DNA of 60,330 nucleotides, counting the filler, from Sphacelaria rigidula (Eukaryota): NCBI GenBank assembly GCA_964200075.2. It is 10 parts of 10 records of this genome, joined end to end, with 100 filler letters (N's around TTAATTAATTAA, not from the genome) between each part and the next. Parts side by side here need not be neighbours in the genome. Positions count along the whole stretch, not along the records: positions 12,089 to 18,032 come from CAXNAA020023310.1; positions 18,133 to 24,076 come from CAXNAA020023311.1; positions 24,177 to 30,119 come from CAXNAA020023312.1; 7 more parts are not named here. The stretch is one strand, 5' to 3'. The position numbers and the translations under genes are program-made. The notes below the pieces were generated by a model. It had not been told where the DNA came from and searched no databases. It worked only from the letters and a program-made list of their open reading frames with translations. This document shows positions 12,801-25,179 of this stretch, piece after piece; position 1 is the stretch's first letter; every line of letters begins with the position of its first letter.

Positions 12801-13157
12801 ATATTCCTTTGACTCGAAACACATATAAATCACAGACTACAAGCCAATTGCACCGCGATTCGAAAACACGAAACACACTCCCTATGGTACACCATGACGA
12901 GAGAGATATGGGCTACAGAATACAGACAAAATGCCGAATAAACGTACGGTAGGAGTGGGTAAGGTAACAACATTTATCCTGCCCATTTGTCGAATCAAAT
13001 CAGAAAGGCTCACCTATTAATAGTGGGTTTTACCAAGGGCCAGTGGAAAGACACATGGTTGCCAACAAATATTTTCATTACGAGTCAAGTCGTTCCCAAC
13101 TAGGTGAGACTGAAAATACCACAACGCTACGCCTTTTCTGTGAATAAACCAAGTGAC

Positions 13158-13561
13158 AGTCAGGCTACGATAGGGGGGGGGGGGGAATTCTGGGCCATTT
13201 TCTTCCACGAAATTCTGGTTGCGATGGTGGTTGATAGTAGCAACGGAAGTCGAAAAAACCCAAGCCACTGTCGTTTGTGGGAAAAAACAAGAGGGGGGGT
13301 GTGGGGGAGGGGGGGGGGGGGGGGGGTATTCTGGGCCATTTTCTTCCACGAAATTCTGGTTGCAATCGTCGTTGATAGTAGCAACGGTAGTTCGAACGCG
13401 CTTGCTTCCGATTTGCAACGCTCACTCATACTGTTTGACATCGCTTTTACCCAAATACAAGTGCACCGCGAGTGAGTGTGTTGGGTCGTGCGACGCACCT
13501 ATGAGCCCATTTCTGCGTGGAATCAAACTCCCCCCCCCCCCCCCGCTATCGTAGCATGACT
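13158..13561. mobile_element. MITE-like element with TIR AGTCA(T/G)GCTACGATAG followed by poly(G)
   Basis: Inverted termini at 13158-13185 and 13530-13561; ~70-bp internal sequence duplicated at 141-bp spacing; same terminus at 54220-54262 and 60167-60189; TSD unresolved. Confidence 0.6.
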
Positions 13562-14571
13562 CGACAATTTATGTATACATTTGCTTTCTTGAATATAATA
13601 TCTCCCGCAGAAGTATGGTGACAAGTAGATGCTAGAGCATTCACCAGTACTGCCGCCCAAGAAGATTGTACTGTTCTCGTGCACCAACATATATGTATAT
13701 ATACATACATGAGTTTCGGCGGCTTTCGCCGCCACACTCAATGGATCGACAGCAAAGATACATGGGCACCGACGATACCCATGCACGTTGCGTAATGGCA
13801 CACGGCACAGTTTGACAAAGCCGTAGCAGCTCATTTGCTGAGCACGTTGTTCGAGGCCTTGCGCAAACTTTTCAGAATACGATGAGAAACGATGATTTGT
13901 GTGAAACGCGCGTCCACCACACACAAAAAGCGTCTGCCCACGTTGAGCTGATGCTGATTCAAATTCGAGAAAAGAAGTGCCGCTGAAGGATTTGTTTCTG
14001 CCCCTCCCATCATGGGAACGTAGACTTCAGCGGCTTCAGTGACTCATGTATCAACTCGCGGCTGTTCATTGTACAGGAGAAACAGGACCATAGCCTCTCT
14101 CCACCGGAGTAGAAACCAACCGCAAACCTTGCGACGAAAAAACACCCACAGAGTCCACCGATCAGACCCGCCGACCCGCGATCCATCGACCAGCGGTAAA
14201 CGCCTACAGCGCATTGCTCCACCACATAATATATCCCCGACCTAGGTAACAGTGGTGGCTAGAGTCTACAGCACCCCCAAAAGCTCTTTTTCTACCGGCA
14301 ATAAGTGACATTAGAGCTTGACAAGCTCAGACATCATGTTGCCCGGTAATACCGTCGTTTTCCGCATAGAATAGCAATCCATCCCTGCCGCTGTTTCTGA
14401 TGACAGCTCCATGCAAGCTCGCCCCATTTCCGAACAACTCGCCGAGAAGATCCAAGACATCGTCCATCATGAACACGTGATCACGCTACTTGAACCACTA
14501 CGAGTTACAAAGCGATAGCTAGCGCCGCTAAATACTAAAATCCTTGCCCAAAACTAGTCTCTCAACTCCAC

Positions 14572-14782
14572 TGTAATGCGTGAGAGGACCGCGTGCTTAG
14601 AGGACCGCATCTTAATTTGAACATCCCTATGGTTGGGATTAGGGTTGGGGTCGGGGGTTAGGGTTATGGTCAGGGGCGTGGTTCCTGCAGGGACTGGCCC
14701 GATTGGTTTCGAAAAACATCGATCCTGGGTTTTTTTAACTACGGCGCGGTCCTCTAAGCACGCGGTCCTCTCACGCATTACA
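14572..14782. mobile_element. 211-bp MITE with TGT...ACA ends (Ginger-like)
   Basis: 37-bp perfect TIR TGTAATGCGTGAGAGGACCGCGTGCTTAGAGGACCGC; 5-bp TSD TCCAC at 14567-14571 and 14783-14787. Confidence 0.85.
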
Positions 14783-16129
14783 TCCACATCGGCAACGAAA
14801 ACCTGAAACGTCAACGAACGTCGAATTCCAAAGCATGCGTGACTAATCGTCTCTCTGACCCGAGACGAGGTACTTTCCAACATACAGAATGCACTCTTTG
14901 TACGGTCAACACCTGCGCAACGAAGTGCAACAGCCAAATGATAAATCATCCCCAAGCTGGGATGGCTCAAGCTTTCAAGACGCCTGAAACGCACCTGGCC
15001 TCTTGCTTATTGAATTTCGTTAAAACGTATGAACCGCATGCCTCTCCGTCGTGAGAGCTTCAAAGCTTCATCTCGCTAATCAATTCATGAAGACAACGCG
15101 AGGACGGTCATGACTCAAACCGTTGTTCAAGCCATGCATAACTACCCAACAACGGCGAACGGACCTCGACCTCCACCGTCATTGATTGCCCGTAGCGGTC
15201 TCCTTTGTAAACTCGAGTTATCGAGCATACCTCCAGAAAACACTGAGATCATCTCACTCGGATTCTGGACTGTTACATATATCCCATCCGTGCATCAACC
15301 GAAATGTAGCAATAATATACGATTGAATTTTCTCAATACTCTTGCAGCCCACCCGCACCGCTCCTTTCGGGAAAATGGACACGCCGTCTACATGCTCCTT
15401 CTGATACAAGCGGAAAACCACCCACGCGCTCGTCCAAACACGTGACAATCCATAAAAGCCACGGTTAAAGATCATTGATGCATGCGCGCATAATTTCTTC
15501 ATCTCCAACCACCGGAAACACTCGCGTATACCTGCTCACATACGACGAACCCACGCATTACGTAGTTACAACTCATTTTTGTGCTAACAGCAGCAATCAC
15601 CATCTGCTAGAGTCAGTACATGTAAACCACCCAAAGATACTCCCACTGTATTTCCGCGCGAATAAAGTCATTCGAGCTTTATTTCATTCAGCATACAGCA
15701 GTATAATGAAAACTGCATTACCCCTTCTCTTCACTAGACACCATGCACATCAGTAACGTTCAAGCGAAAAATCCAGATATATGCATGCCAACATTTCAAC
15801 CAGCACATGCAATACCACCTTATTTGCAGAAGCGTATATCATGCGTGCTAACCAGAGCAGCACAACACACAGATACACCAAACATCCGCATGTACACCGG
15901 CATTCCCCCCAGCCAACGCAGTACGATCACACTCACTCTACCGCCATGCTTCATGCGCAAGAAGCAGCACAAGCATGACCAGAAACGACACCACGGCAAC
16001 CTGCAATCGTCCGCGAAACGATTCAGGAATACCAGTCACAAGCACTCAATCACACCAGCACTTGCTCCTCAACATCACTCAAAACGGCGTTCACCACAGC
16101 ATCTAGCACCTCAGGACATGCCTTCCTTG

Positions 16130-17868
16130 TAGTCCTCCAGTCCGCTCCTGAGAAACAATGGGACTCGAACTACAACTTTGTGCACACCATAGAGTAGCAG
16201 TTCCTCGCGAACACTCGCTCCTTGCACCATGAATGTAGCTACGCCTGGCTCCCCCATTGTGCCGCTCAGCGCGTCACCGAATGGAATTCCACACCGCCAA
16301 ACCAATGTGACAAATCGTTTGCCCCCACAAATGTCTGCGTATTAACGAACGCTCATTCTTCAGTCGTTTATTCAGAGGAAACGAGAGGCAAAGCGGGAAC
16401 AGCCAAGCAGTCCCGCACAGCAACATCTTCTGATGGTATGACATCATGCTCCTGAAGCACCTGACCGTATAGCGGCAGAGACACCTCAATCAACGCTGCC
16501 AAACACGCCAAACCTATCCGTGCAAAAAAGCAGTGCATAAGATCACCCCACCACTACGCAACGCTCGACGTCGCCGTAGGAAAATGTGATCACTAATAGC
16601 ATCACAAGCCTGGAGCTCGTTCTGCGTACCCGCTCCTTGCGAGTCACACGCCCCTGTTGCTTCGATCATGCAAGGAGTGCCCACAGCTACGGCAGGAGCC
16701 GGGGGTGGAGCTGAGACGGTGCAGCAGCGAACGCAACCGAGGCAAACGCAGCGGAAGACGTCGCAACAGCGGCCATCGCCACAGCCGACACTGCCGCAGC
16801 GTTGCCTACAGTCAGCGAGAGCCGGGGGCGGAGCTGGAACGGAGCCAGGACGGAGCTGAGGCGGTGCGGCAGCCAACGCAATCAGAGCAGAAGCAGCGGC
16901 CGACGTCGCAACAGCGGCCATTGCCACAGTCAACACTGCCGCAGCGTCGCGTACAGTCAGCGGGAGTCGGAGATAGAGCTGGGGCGGTGTAGCAGCGACC
17001 GCAATCAAAGCAGACGCAACGGCCGAGGCCGCAACAGCGGCCATCGCCACAGCCGACACTACCGCAGTGTTGCCTGCAGTCAGCGGGAGCCGGGGGTGGA
17101 ACTGGGGCGGTGCAGCAACGAAGACGGCGAACGCCGCCGGAGCAGACGCAGCGGCTGGCGCCGCAACAGCGGCCATCGCCACAGCCGTCACTACCGCAGC
17201 GTCGCGTACAGTCAGCGGGAGCCGGGGGCGTAACTGGGGCAGTCGAGCAGCGAATGCCGCCGGCGCCGCAACAGCGGTCACCGTCACAGCCGACACTGCC
17301 GCAGAGTCGCGCACACCCAACATGAATCAGAAATGGAGCTGGGGCGATGGAGCAGCGAAGGCAGCAACCGCAATCGGCACAACTGCAGCGGCCGGCGTCG
17401 CAGACAGCAAGCATGGTTGCCGCAGCGGAGTGTTCAGCTGGCGGGGGATGAGGACGAAGGAGGGGCGGTGAAGCAGTTGACACAATTTTGGGAGGATGAG
17501 GACGAAGTAGCGACGGTGGAGCAGCCGGTACAGTTGATGGGGGTATCGGGCGGTACTGGGTCGATGGATCCGTGAAGATAGAGGAGACTACCGGCACAGA
17601 TCTACAACAACAACGCGGTGTGACACCGGCGGTCACAAGGTCCATATCGAGAGCATCGCCGCTGGGAGTGTCCGGAGCATTTACAATGCTGGCAGTTGAG
17701 GAGGACATCGCGAAAGCTTTTGCTCAGGGGGACGCTGGTTATCACGACGATGAACTGCCGATAGATTCGACTCGACTTGAGACACCGCAGACGTACACAC
17801 AGGCACATTTCGGATCACACGATGCTATCTGGAAGGCCGCAGAAAGCAAGGTCGGTTTAAGGTCTTGA
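16130..17868 (+). pseudogene. Ty1/Copia pol remnant (integrase-RT linker and start of RT)
   Basis: LETPQTYTQAHFGSHDAIWKAAESK at ~17776-17850 matches the Copia EPxTYxEA...WxxAxxxE motif that precedes RT; upstream sequence is highly decayed and its boundary is uncertain. Confidence 0.5.
16690..17310 (+). repeat. GC-rich minisatellite, ~5 units of 105-145 bp, Ala/Thr-rich when translated
   Basis: Anchor CGCAACAGCGG at 16762, 16907, 17030, 17162, 17267. Confidence 0.85.
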
Positions 17869-18134
17869 CTTTTATGTATTTCTTTTTGCTTGTGTGCAAT
17901 GAACTGGCATTGATTGTCGGTGCTGCTGTATACTGCTTTGAAGAACCACGGGATGTATCTATGATCATGCATGCCATAGTCATAAGACCATTGGCCTCGC
18001 ATCCCTACAAAGCCGGGACGGAGCCCGCCGGGNNNNNNNNNNNNNNNNNNNNNNNNNNNNNNNNNNNNNNNNNNNNTTAATTAATTAANNNNNNNNNNNN
18101 NNNNNNNNNNNNNNNNNNNNNNNNNNNNNNNNGG

Positions 18135-18200
18135 CATCAATTTCAAGTGAAAAAAAGTATGCATGATCCAGAAAGACTAATCTCGCGGTTTAAGGGTTAA
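18135..18200. mobile_element. Terminus of a piggyBac-like MITE (related sequence at ~50460-50610 and ~650-700)
   Basis: Ends ...CTCGCGGTTTAAGGG|TTAA; sequence shared with 50543-50608. Confidence 0.4.
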
Positions 18201-18235
18201 CCCTTAGCTTTTGGGTGTGTACGGGGGGCTATGCG

Positions 18236-18236
18236 G

Positions 18237-18270
<34 letters not shown>

Positions 18271-18335
18271 CTTCACATTGAAAACCGTTCCGATAACTGC
18301 GCGGTACATTTGTACTGGGCATTTGACGCGGTTGA
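18236..18335 (-). mobile_element. 3' end of a non-LTR element with (CAA)n tail; copies at ~24630-24730, ~26560-26665, 58370-58495
   Basis: Shared GCCTGTGACCACGGAAGGC...AATGTGAAGAC followed by (AAC)n. Confidence 0.6.
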
Positions 18336-19747
18336 AGACAAAAATTCCGATATGATAACCTGAATTCAACCATCTTAAAAATGGACGATGATAGTTGAAG
18401 TCACGACCTATAAGATCGGGGTATTCCTTTTCCACCGCACATTTTGGATCGAAAAATATGTGCCAACACACGCCCTTACGGCCACCATTCACCTCCAGAA
18501 CAGTGTTTCTTTTCCCCGCCGCAGGTTCGGAATCCTTGTTATGGTGGGCGAGACAACGCCGTTCATGTGGAAAGGAGGTCGGAGTTCGTTAGGCCGGTGC
18601 TGCGCACATATCATGCCCTATCTTGCTAATGTTTGCACATCACCAGCAGCTGCTCTGCAATCGCGTAATTATCGCTGTTGCAAGCTACAAGCTTCACCAG
18701 CAACGCATGAGCGGGCGTACAGGGCGCAGCCATCCTGTCCCCTGAGCGTTGCACAAAGGCCAAGGTAGACTAATGAACCATGTTAGGCTGCTGCAATCTG
18801 AACAGGTCGAAAGAGAGAATAAGTTAAATCCTTTCAGCGCCCGAGCATCCTGCTATGATCTTCTTCATGTGCAATATCACTATCCTCCAGGGGACTGTCA
18901 GCTGCAAGAGTCAAGACGGGTACTGTAAATACTTCGTCACCAGATCTCAGTGTTCAACAAATACTTCGTTTCAGTCTGAACGATCATATTCGGATCTTTT
19001 GGAGGGGTGACAGTCCACGGCTCCCAAGCGTGCGCGCAGCGCGTGGTGCAATCAGCGCCAACGGCCTCAAATTGGGCCCTGCGAGCACAAATCGGGCGTT
19101 CTCTGTGTACCCCCCGTACCCAACAGTCCTCGGCATTCTTTCGGTTGCTAGGGCTAGGGCTACGGTTCAGCGAAACCTAAACACGTCGTAGAGTGGATTG
19201 ACCGTAAAAATTGAGAATAACGACGTATTTCAAGTCTGAATACGGATCACTTTATTGAACAGTTTGATCGCTAGAATGCGTCATCAGTCATCCGGGCATT
19301 TGTCGTTTTTTGAGCGAACACGGTGCCAGGCAAACAAACGCCTTATCCGGGCGGTCGGCGTGCAAGGGTGGACCCAAATCGAATCCTTCGCAGTCACCAT
19401 GTTCGAGTACAGTGCAAGGATATTCGACCCCCCAAGCGTTTTTAGTGTCACATATTCCCAGTCGTGCACCCTGACATCTCGGGTCGATCATTGTTAGCTT
19501 CAACGCGTTTTTGCCAGAAACACCCACCCACCAGCGAAAGACAGAGACGAGGCACGAGGAACGGTGGCTTGAATTACAAGATTGGCGTGACGAGGCTCGC
19601 AGTAGTTGATGTTCCTACTGCCTTGTATATATGTCATTTTCTGAACTTTTCTCGGACGACGAAGGAAGCATGAGACTGCAACCGTCAGTAAAGAATACAG
19701 CTGAGTACTGCGCTGAGTACTTCTGTACCTGTCTGACCGACGCGAAC

Positions 19748-21403
19748 TCATGAGGTGGTCCAGTACAAGTAGTCATCTCGCTCTAGCTGAGCGGGCACTA
19801 GGAATGCAGCACTGCACATTTCGTCGTCCCAACGCGTTAATGCTGTCGGGGCCACCAACAGTACAGCACGGATAGTGGCCAGAATAGAGAAATCCCCGTC
19901 ATATTGGAATGTACGTGACATTATCCAACACGGTACATGGACATGGAGTCGGCGTACTCGTACGATAGAGGATAGGAAAAAGCACACGAATAAAAAACAA
20001 AAAGAGAAAAAACTGCAAGAGAGGCCGCATCTGTTCCACCAGACACCTCAACCGACACTGCAGTGGTATGTATAAGAACAGTATAATCGTACACAAAATC
20101 AGCACCTTCGTGCTATTAGCAGGTATGCACACGAGGGCGAAATTCACACAATGTAGATCATGGGCACTTGTATCGTACTGTGCCGCGGTGCGATGCACGT
20201 CGCGTGCTGTCTCTGGACCGTTGTACACAGAAAATGAAGCGGCACATTTCTTCGACAACACCATACTTGGGATGGGACTGACTGTCCTGTACTGTCTGTG
20301 CGGAATCCAAACTGATTCGTACAGATTAACATGAGAGTCACAAGGACAGCGGTTAATCAATGAACTTTGATGAATGCTCGGGGTAAAGCATGAAACATGT
20401 ACGCGGCATGTTGTCTTACAGATTATGGAAGACTTGGCTATTGACGGGAGCTGGGACGAACGGGGGTGCAGATTCGGGAAGTGCGATATGCGACGTGCCG
20501 CATGTCACCGACAGCCGATATAATAATCGGAATGAATGTTCTCAGCATTTGCTTCAGAGGTTGTACATCCCAAGCATGATGCATTTTATCGGATTTGGCG
20601 AAGACATTGCGATGCTGTGTCGGCTTCGGGTTGGATGCGATGTCTGCCGTCGGCTACTGAACAGTCAAATGCCATGGCAGGGCACGGGACATACACGACC
20701 TTCGGCATGAAGTTTGACGCTTGTGTGCACTCACTACTCCTTCATGCGGCCTGGTCTGTGACAAGCTAAGTGGATGAAGGCAGCTTGCGCTCACAAGAAG
20801 TGCAGAGGAACAAACGAAAGCAGCAGGTGGCGGGCAAAACAGACAGCCAAGACAATCGGATATCTCATCTTCCACTCACTGTCGAAACTCGCCCGCATCC
20901 TACGACAAACACAGCCTCTGGTATCAAAAGCATACGAGCAGCGTACACTCACACGTGCACGCTGTTGCAGACCCGGTTGGGTAGTACCGTTGTGCTTTCT
21001 GTGGTACGTTATCCCTCAAGAAAAAGACGGAAAAATTGGGCTGTCATCGACTATACTGTTGTGGCGACTGTATACTGTATAAAGTATACCTCCAACCCTT
21101 GACGAAAGCCAAGCTGGCAGACGACGGATAGTACATACTGTCCGTACTTCACACGGGCAGCGATAACATTACACACCACTGCTACTCACGAGTCAGCCCA
21201 GTAATACACCCGTCAGCACTGGCCCAGCTTTTCCTCCTCGCGCGCTGCTCATCAACGAGGACCACTCGGGGGGCCGGTGACTCCGCCTTCCTCCACATTG
21301 ATGTAAGGAACGTGCTTACGCTTGAGAGAGGGGCGATCGCATGCGCTCCATGCTCGTGGTCTGAAGGCCTTTCCAGCGGCGACGGCCGACTCCTTCTCCA
21401 CAT
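19748..21403 (-). CDS. Possible two-exon hypothetical protein (21403-21190, 19842-19748; 102 aa)
   Basis: GTGAGT donor and CAG acceptor are phase-compatible; no recognisable homology. Confidence 0.25.
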
Positions 21404-22266
21404 CTTCGCCTACGGTACACAGGGCCTCGAAGCCCCCTGCACCTGTGGACGTGAATGCTCGAGTCTAATACTATCGATGCTTCCCTGACCTTTCCCTGAC
21501 AGTGGCCGTGGGTACTGAATCTTTCGAGATGGTCCTTGTCTTGGTCAAGAGATGTGCTACCGAGCCTTCATGGGACATGAAAGGGTAGGCAAGAAATAGT
21601 GTAGGCTGAAAAAGCCTCTGAAAAGAGTTTATGTATGGATTCCAGAGTACTCTGTACCGCAGATCTGGACGACAGGTGAGATGCGCGTGTTTGGTGGTGG
21701 CGTTGTAGCTGTACCCTAAATTAAATTCGTTCTGACGTACGTGTGCAGACAACAGTATGGAATACTGCTTTTTTGGTTGTCCTGTAATAAACATCATGTG
21801 CATGAACACTTGTGTATGAAATACATCAGCCTATTAGCGCTACTTTCTGGAAATATTTTATTCGTCTCGCTAGTCATTCACTCAAGAATAAAAACATATT
21901 TTAGTGGTCTCCTGTGAACACCGCTTGATTGCTCTCTGCCCAAGCCCCGCCTGAAGGGTATATGACAACAGTACAACAGTATCGCTGTCCCACAACTTGC
22001 CACCACCGCCCTCTCCCCTTTTTTCAAACACGACATGACACCATGACTAAAAAATACGGGGCAATCTGAAGTGCCCGATCATACAGACCCTCGCACAGGC
22101 AGACGCTACCCTCACGGTTGGCACCCCCTCGAAACTCAGGTCCGAAGTCGGTACCTGCATAGCAACTGATCTCACATTGATTTCCTCCCCCAGTTACGGC
22201 AGTGCTGTCAGTCGGTGATCGCTGTGTTGGCTGCATCTAGCGTGTTCTCCCAAGGAGACTCGTGTA

Positions 22267-22502
22267 ATGACACCCTCCACGGCAAACCGGAGATGGTGGG
22301 CTAGCGTAGCTCTGGTTGCGGCGACACATCACGCCACGGGGTTTGTGCAGCCCGCATGTCCGCTGCGTGGCATTGGTTTGACGGGGAGCACGGGGGTTGG
22401 TGTGGTGTGTGCTGCTAGTGGGCAAAGGAGACCCTCGTCGTCCTCGCTATGTTATTCAACAAGGAGCAGAGGTCTTCGCATGTCGGACCATACGGAGGAT
22501 AG
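22267..22502 (+). CDS. Exon 1 of a plastid-targeted protein (bipartite signal plus transit peptide)
   Basis: MTPSTANRRWWASVALVAATHHATG-FVQP: hydrophobic signal, ASAFAP-type Phe after the cleavage site, Ser/Arg-rich transit peptide ending LRMS; AG|GTACGT donor. Confidence 0.75.
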
Positions 22503-23275
22503 GTACGTACCGTACCTTGGTCGAAAAATAGGCTATGCTTCTCGTGAGTTTTATCAATATGAACAGTCTTATATTTATGACCAGGGATATTCAAGGTATA
22601 GTTCAGTTTGTCATGTTTTTCACGTGGGATGCGATAGCGGCTGTGTGAAGTTGCGTTCGTTTGAAACATGTGCGCCGTCAATCAACTGTGACCCATCTAC
22701 AGCTTTCGGGTGTATTTGAGGTGCCTGTATGTGTATTGTCAATGTGTACTCGCCACTTGTGTATCCTGTATACCATTATGATGAAGGCGCACGGGACGAC
22801 GAATGTATAAGCGCACGCCTGCTGATATTTTCGATGCGGAAACTGGTGAACGCACTTGAAGCCCTGGTGACTATTCCTCGATTTGGGGTCAATCGCCCCA
22901 TAGAAAAGGTCAACTTCGACCCCCTAGCTGTAGATTACGGTAGGTAGCTCCGACGACAACCTACGCAGTATCACGGTGTGCAACGAATAGCCAATCACAG
23001 GCTATCCCGTAATGTTTCTGAGTTATAGACTGCCTGGACAATCTGCAGGGTAAAATCGTGTTTACTGACTGTACTGCATCATCCGTTCAGGTTGCTGTTG
23101 ATTTCGCCTCTATTGCTGGTTTTCTGACTCAAGAACGAGGCCAGGGCTTCTTGACCTGTTTCTCTGTTTTCACATGTCCGCCCGCACCCCGCACCCCGCT
23201 GCTATCCCTCCGGTCCTGTCGTCGTCTCTCTTCGTATTTCCTGACGCGAATATCTCCGTTTACATTTTCGTCAAG

Positions 23276-23323
23276 ACTAAGAAGACAGACCTTCGCAGAA
23301 GGCAGGGGCGGGGCGCCACGATC
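23276..23323 (+). CDS. Probable exon 2 of the same gene (RLRRQTFAEGRGGAPRS)
   Basis: Pyrimidine tract, CTGAC branch point, AAG acceptor, GTAAGT donor; phase 2 matches exon 1. Confidence 0.6.
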
Positions 23324-23758
23324 GTAAGTTAGCTTCGAGTTTAGTTGTGCTGTTTGCTCTCTCACGCTTGCAGTTAAGGTCCATGGAGAATCCGAAGGGG
23401 CGACAGATGCGATCTTTGATCTTTCCATATATAACCCCAAGGTGCACCCTTTGCTTTACCTGAGGCTTCGGCCAAGTGTATTCGAACGGCACACAAAAAC
23501 GCAGTGGCAATGCGGTATGGGGAATGAACGGCGGTTACGCCGATCGTATCTCAACTTGTTTCAGAAAGAAATCTGTAGAGTTATTTACTGTACCTGTAGA
23601 TCAACGATATTTTCCGCGGTATTGCGGGTCTAGGCATTAGTCGCAGCAGTGCCGTCCTTTCTTGTACTTCGTATGCAGAGAGAGAGTACTGTTCAGCAGT
23701 ATGCGACACAACCAGTGTGTACAAGCTGGGCCAGCCTAGAGGTGGATTTGAAGTTTGC

Positions 23759-24018
23759 AGGCCCATGCTCTTTTATACATTTAAAGTTGGAGCCTGAAAT
23801 TTGGTATGGACAGTGCATAGGGCATCAAAAAAAATTACTGAAGTACCAAAAGATTTTTTTTTCATGAGTTAAGGACAATAATCGGTTTTCAGGTAGCACT
23901 AAAATGCCCTTAACTCATGAAAAAAATACTTGAGTAATATATGTATTTTCATGCCCTATGCACTGTCCCATACCAAATTTCAGGGTCCAACTCTAAATGT
24001 ATAAAAGAGCATGGGCCT
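23759..24018. repeat. Foldback inverted repeat / MITE (arms ~115 bp)
   Basis: AGGCCCATGCTCTTTTATACATT... pairs with ...AATGTATAAAAGAGCATGGGCCT; the inner arms also pair. Confidence 0.85.
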
Positions 24019-24959
24019 CTCGAAAACCGGGTCGGTAGAATTTCGGAACAGTATTTTGCAGGCCACTCACCGGCCCNNNNNNNNNNNNNNNNNNNNNNNN
24101 NNNNNNNNNNNNNNNNNNNNTTAATTAATTAANNNNNNNNNNNNNNNNNNNNNNNNNNNNNNNNNNNNNNNNNNNNATCGTGAATTTGGTGATTTTGAGT
24201 CGTGATGATTTGTCCTAACCGTGGAACGATTAGCGAATTCCTGGGGAAAAAATCTCAGAACTCGATGACAAAGAAGAAAACTCGTTGGCAACGTCCGTCC
24301 AAATCTTCTAATTTGCGTGTAGAAAGAAGGTCCTTGTAAAATATCGACTCAAAACTTTTCAAATTGGCAGCGCGTTTCACTTTTACATGACAGCGCAATT
24401 GCCATTGCGGGTATTGTCAAACCTCGCACAATACTAGGATTCACGAAATGGGCCAAGGCATCGCTTCTTTCTTCCCAACCGGCTTTGTAGGGCTCGTTTT
24501 TGGATCCTCGTAGCCCGACTGGTCGTTTGCGGCCCCGGAACTCATTGAGGTTGGCAGCATCTCGTTTCATTTTCCATCATGTCTGTGTGAAAATTCTTCT
24601 TCATCTTCACTCAGTCAAGCATCCTTATTTTGGGTAGTTAGCCTGTGACCACGGAAGGCGTCCGTATCAGATGCATGGTAGGTAGGAGTACTGCACAGAT
24701 ATCGAAACAGTTTTTGATGTGAAGACACGAAAAGCAAGGAAGCGATTTTGACAAGAGATTGGTTCAGTGAAGAGGTGATTCCTCGACGGACACTTGGAGG
24801 GGAATTTTTTCTCTTTAATATGATGGTTCCCACATCAATCCCTCCTTTTCGAGGCGTCCTCTTTCGCTCTCCTAACCAGAAGAGGCTTTGTAAAAGTTAC
24901 CTTTTTCGCCAGCTAGCGGTAAATATGTATACCATTTTTTCGCATTCCATCCTCTCCGC

Positions 24960-25179
24960 AGGGGACCCCATATCGGGAAATGGCGGCACCACCGCCCCCC
25001 CCAGGCCGCAAAAACCTCACTTGGGGATTGAAGGAGGGGGGGGTACCCCGTGATCGCTGGATGATGGCGATAGCAGTTTCTGCACTGCACCGCACGTGAA
25101 TAAATCTCACGGTATTTACATTTGAGTACCTCGAGTCTATTTAGGCGGTGGTGCAGCCATTTCCCGATATGGGCCCCCT
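24960..25179. mobile_element. ~220-bp MITE
   Basis: ~35-bp TIRs containing CCCATATCGGGAAATGGC(G/T)GCACCACCGCC. Confidence 0.65.

Noticed and set aside
16690..17310. Repeat-spacer-like pattern (CRISPR?)
   Set aside because: The intervening sequences are homologous to each other, the context is eukaryotic, and there are no cas genes.
16514..17708. Long ORFs of 269 and 298 aa on the minus strand
   Set aside because: These are by-products of the GC-rich minisatellite; the Copia motif is on the plus strand.
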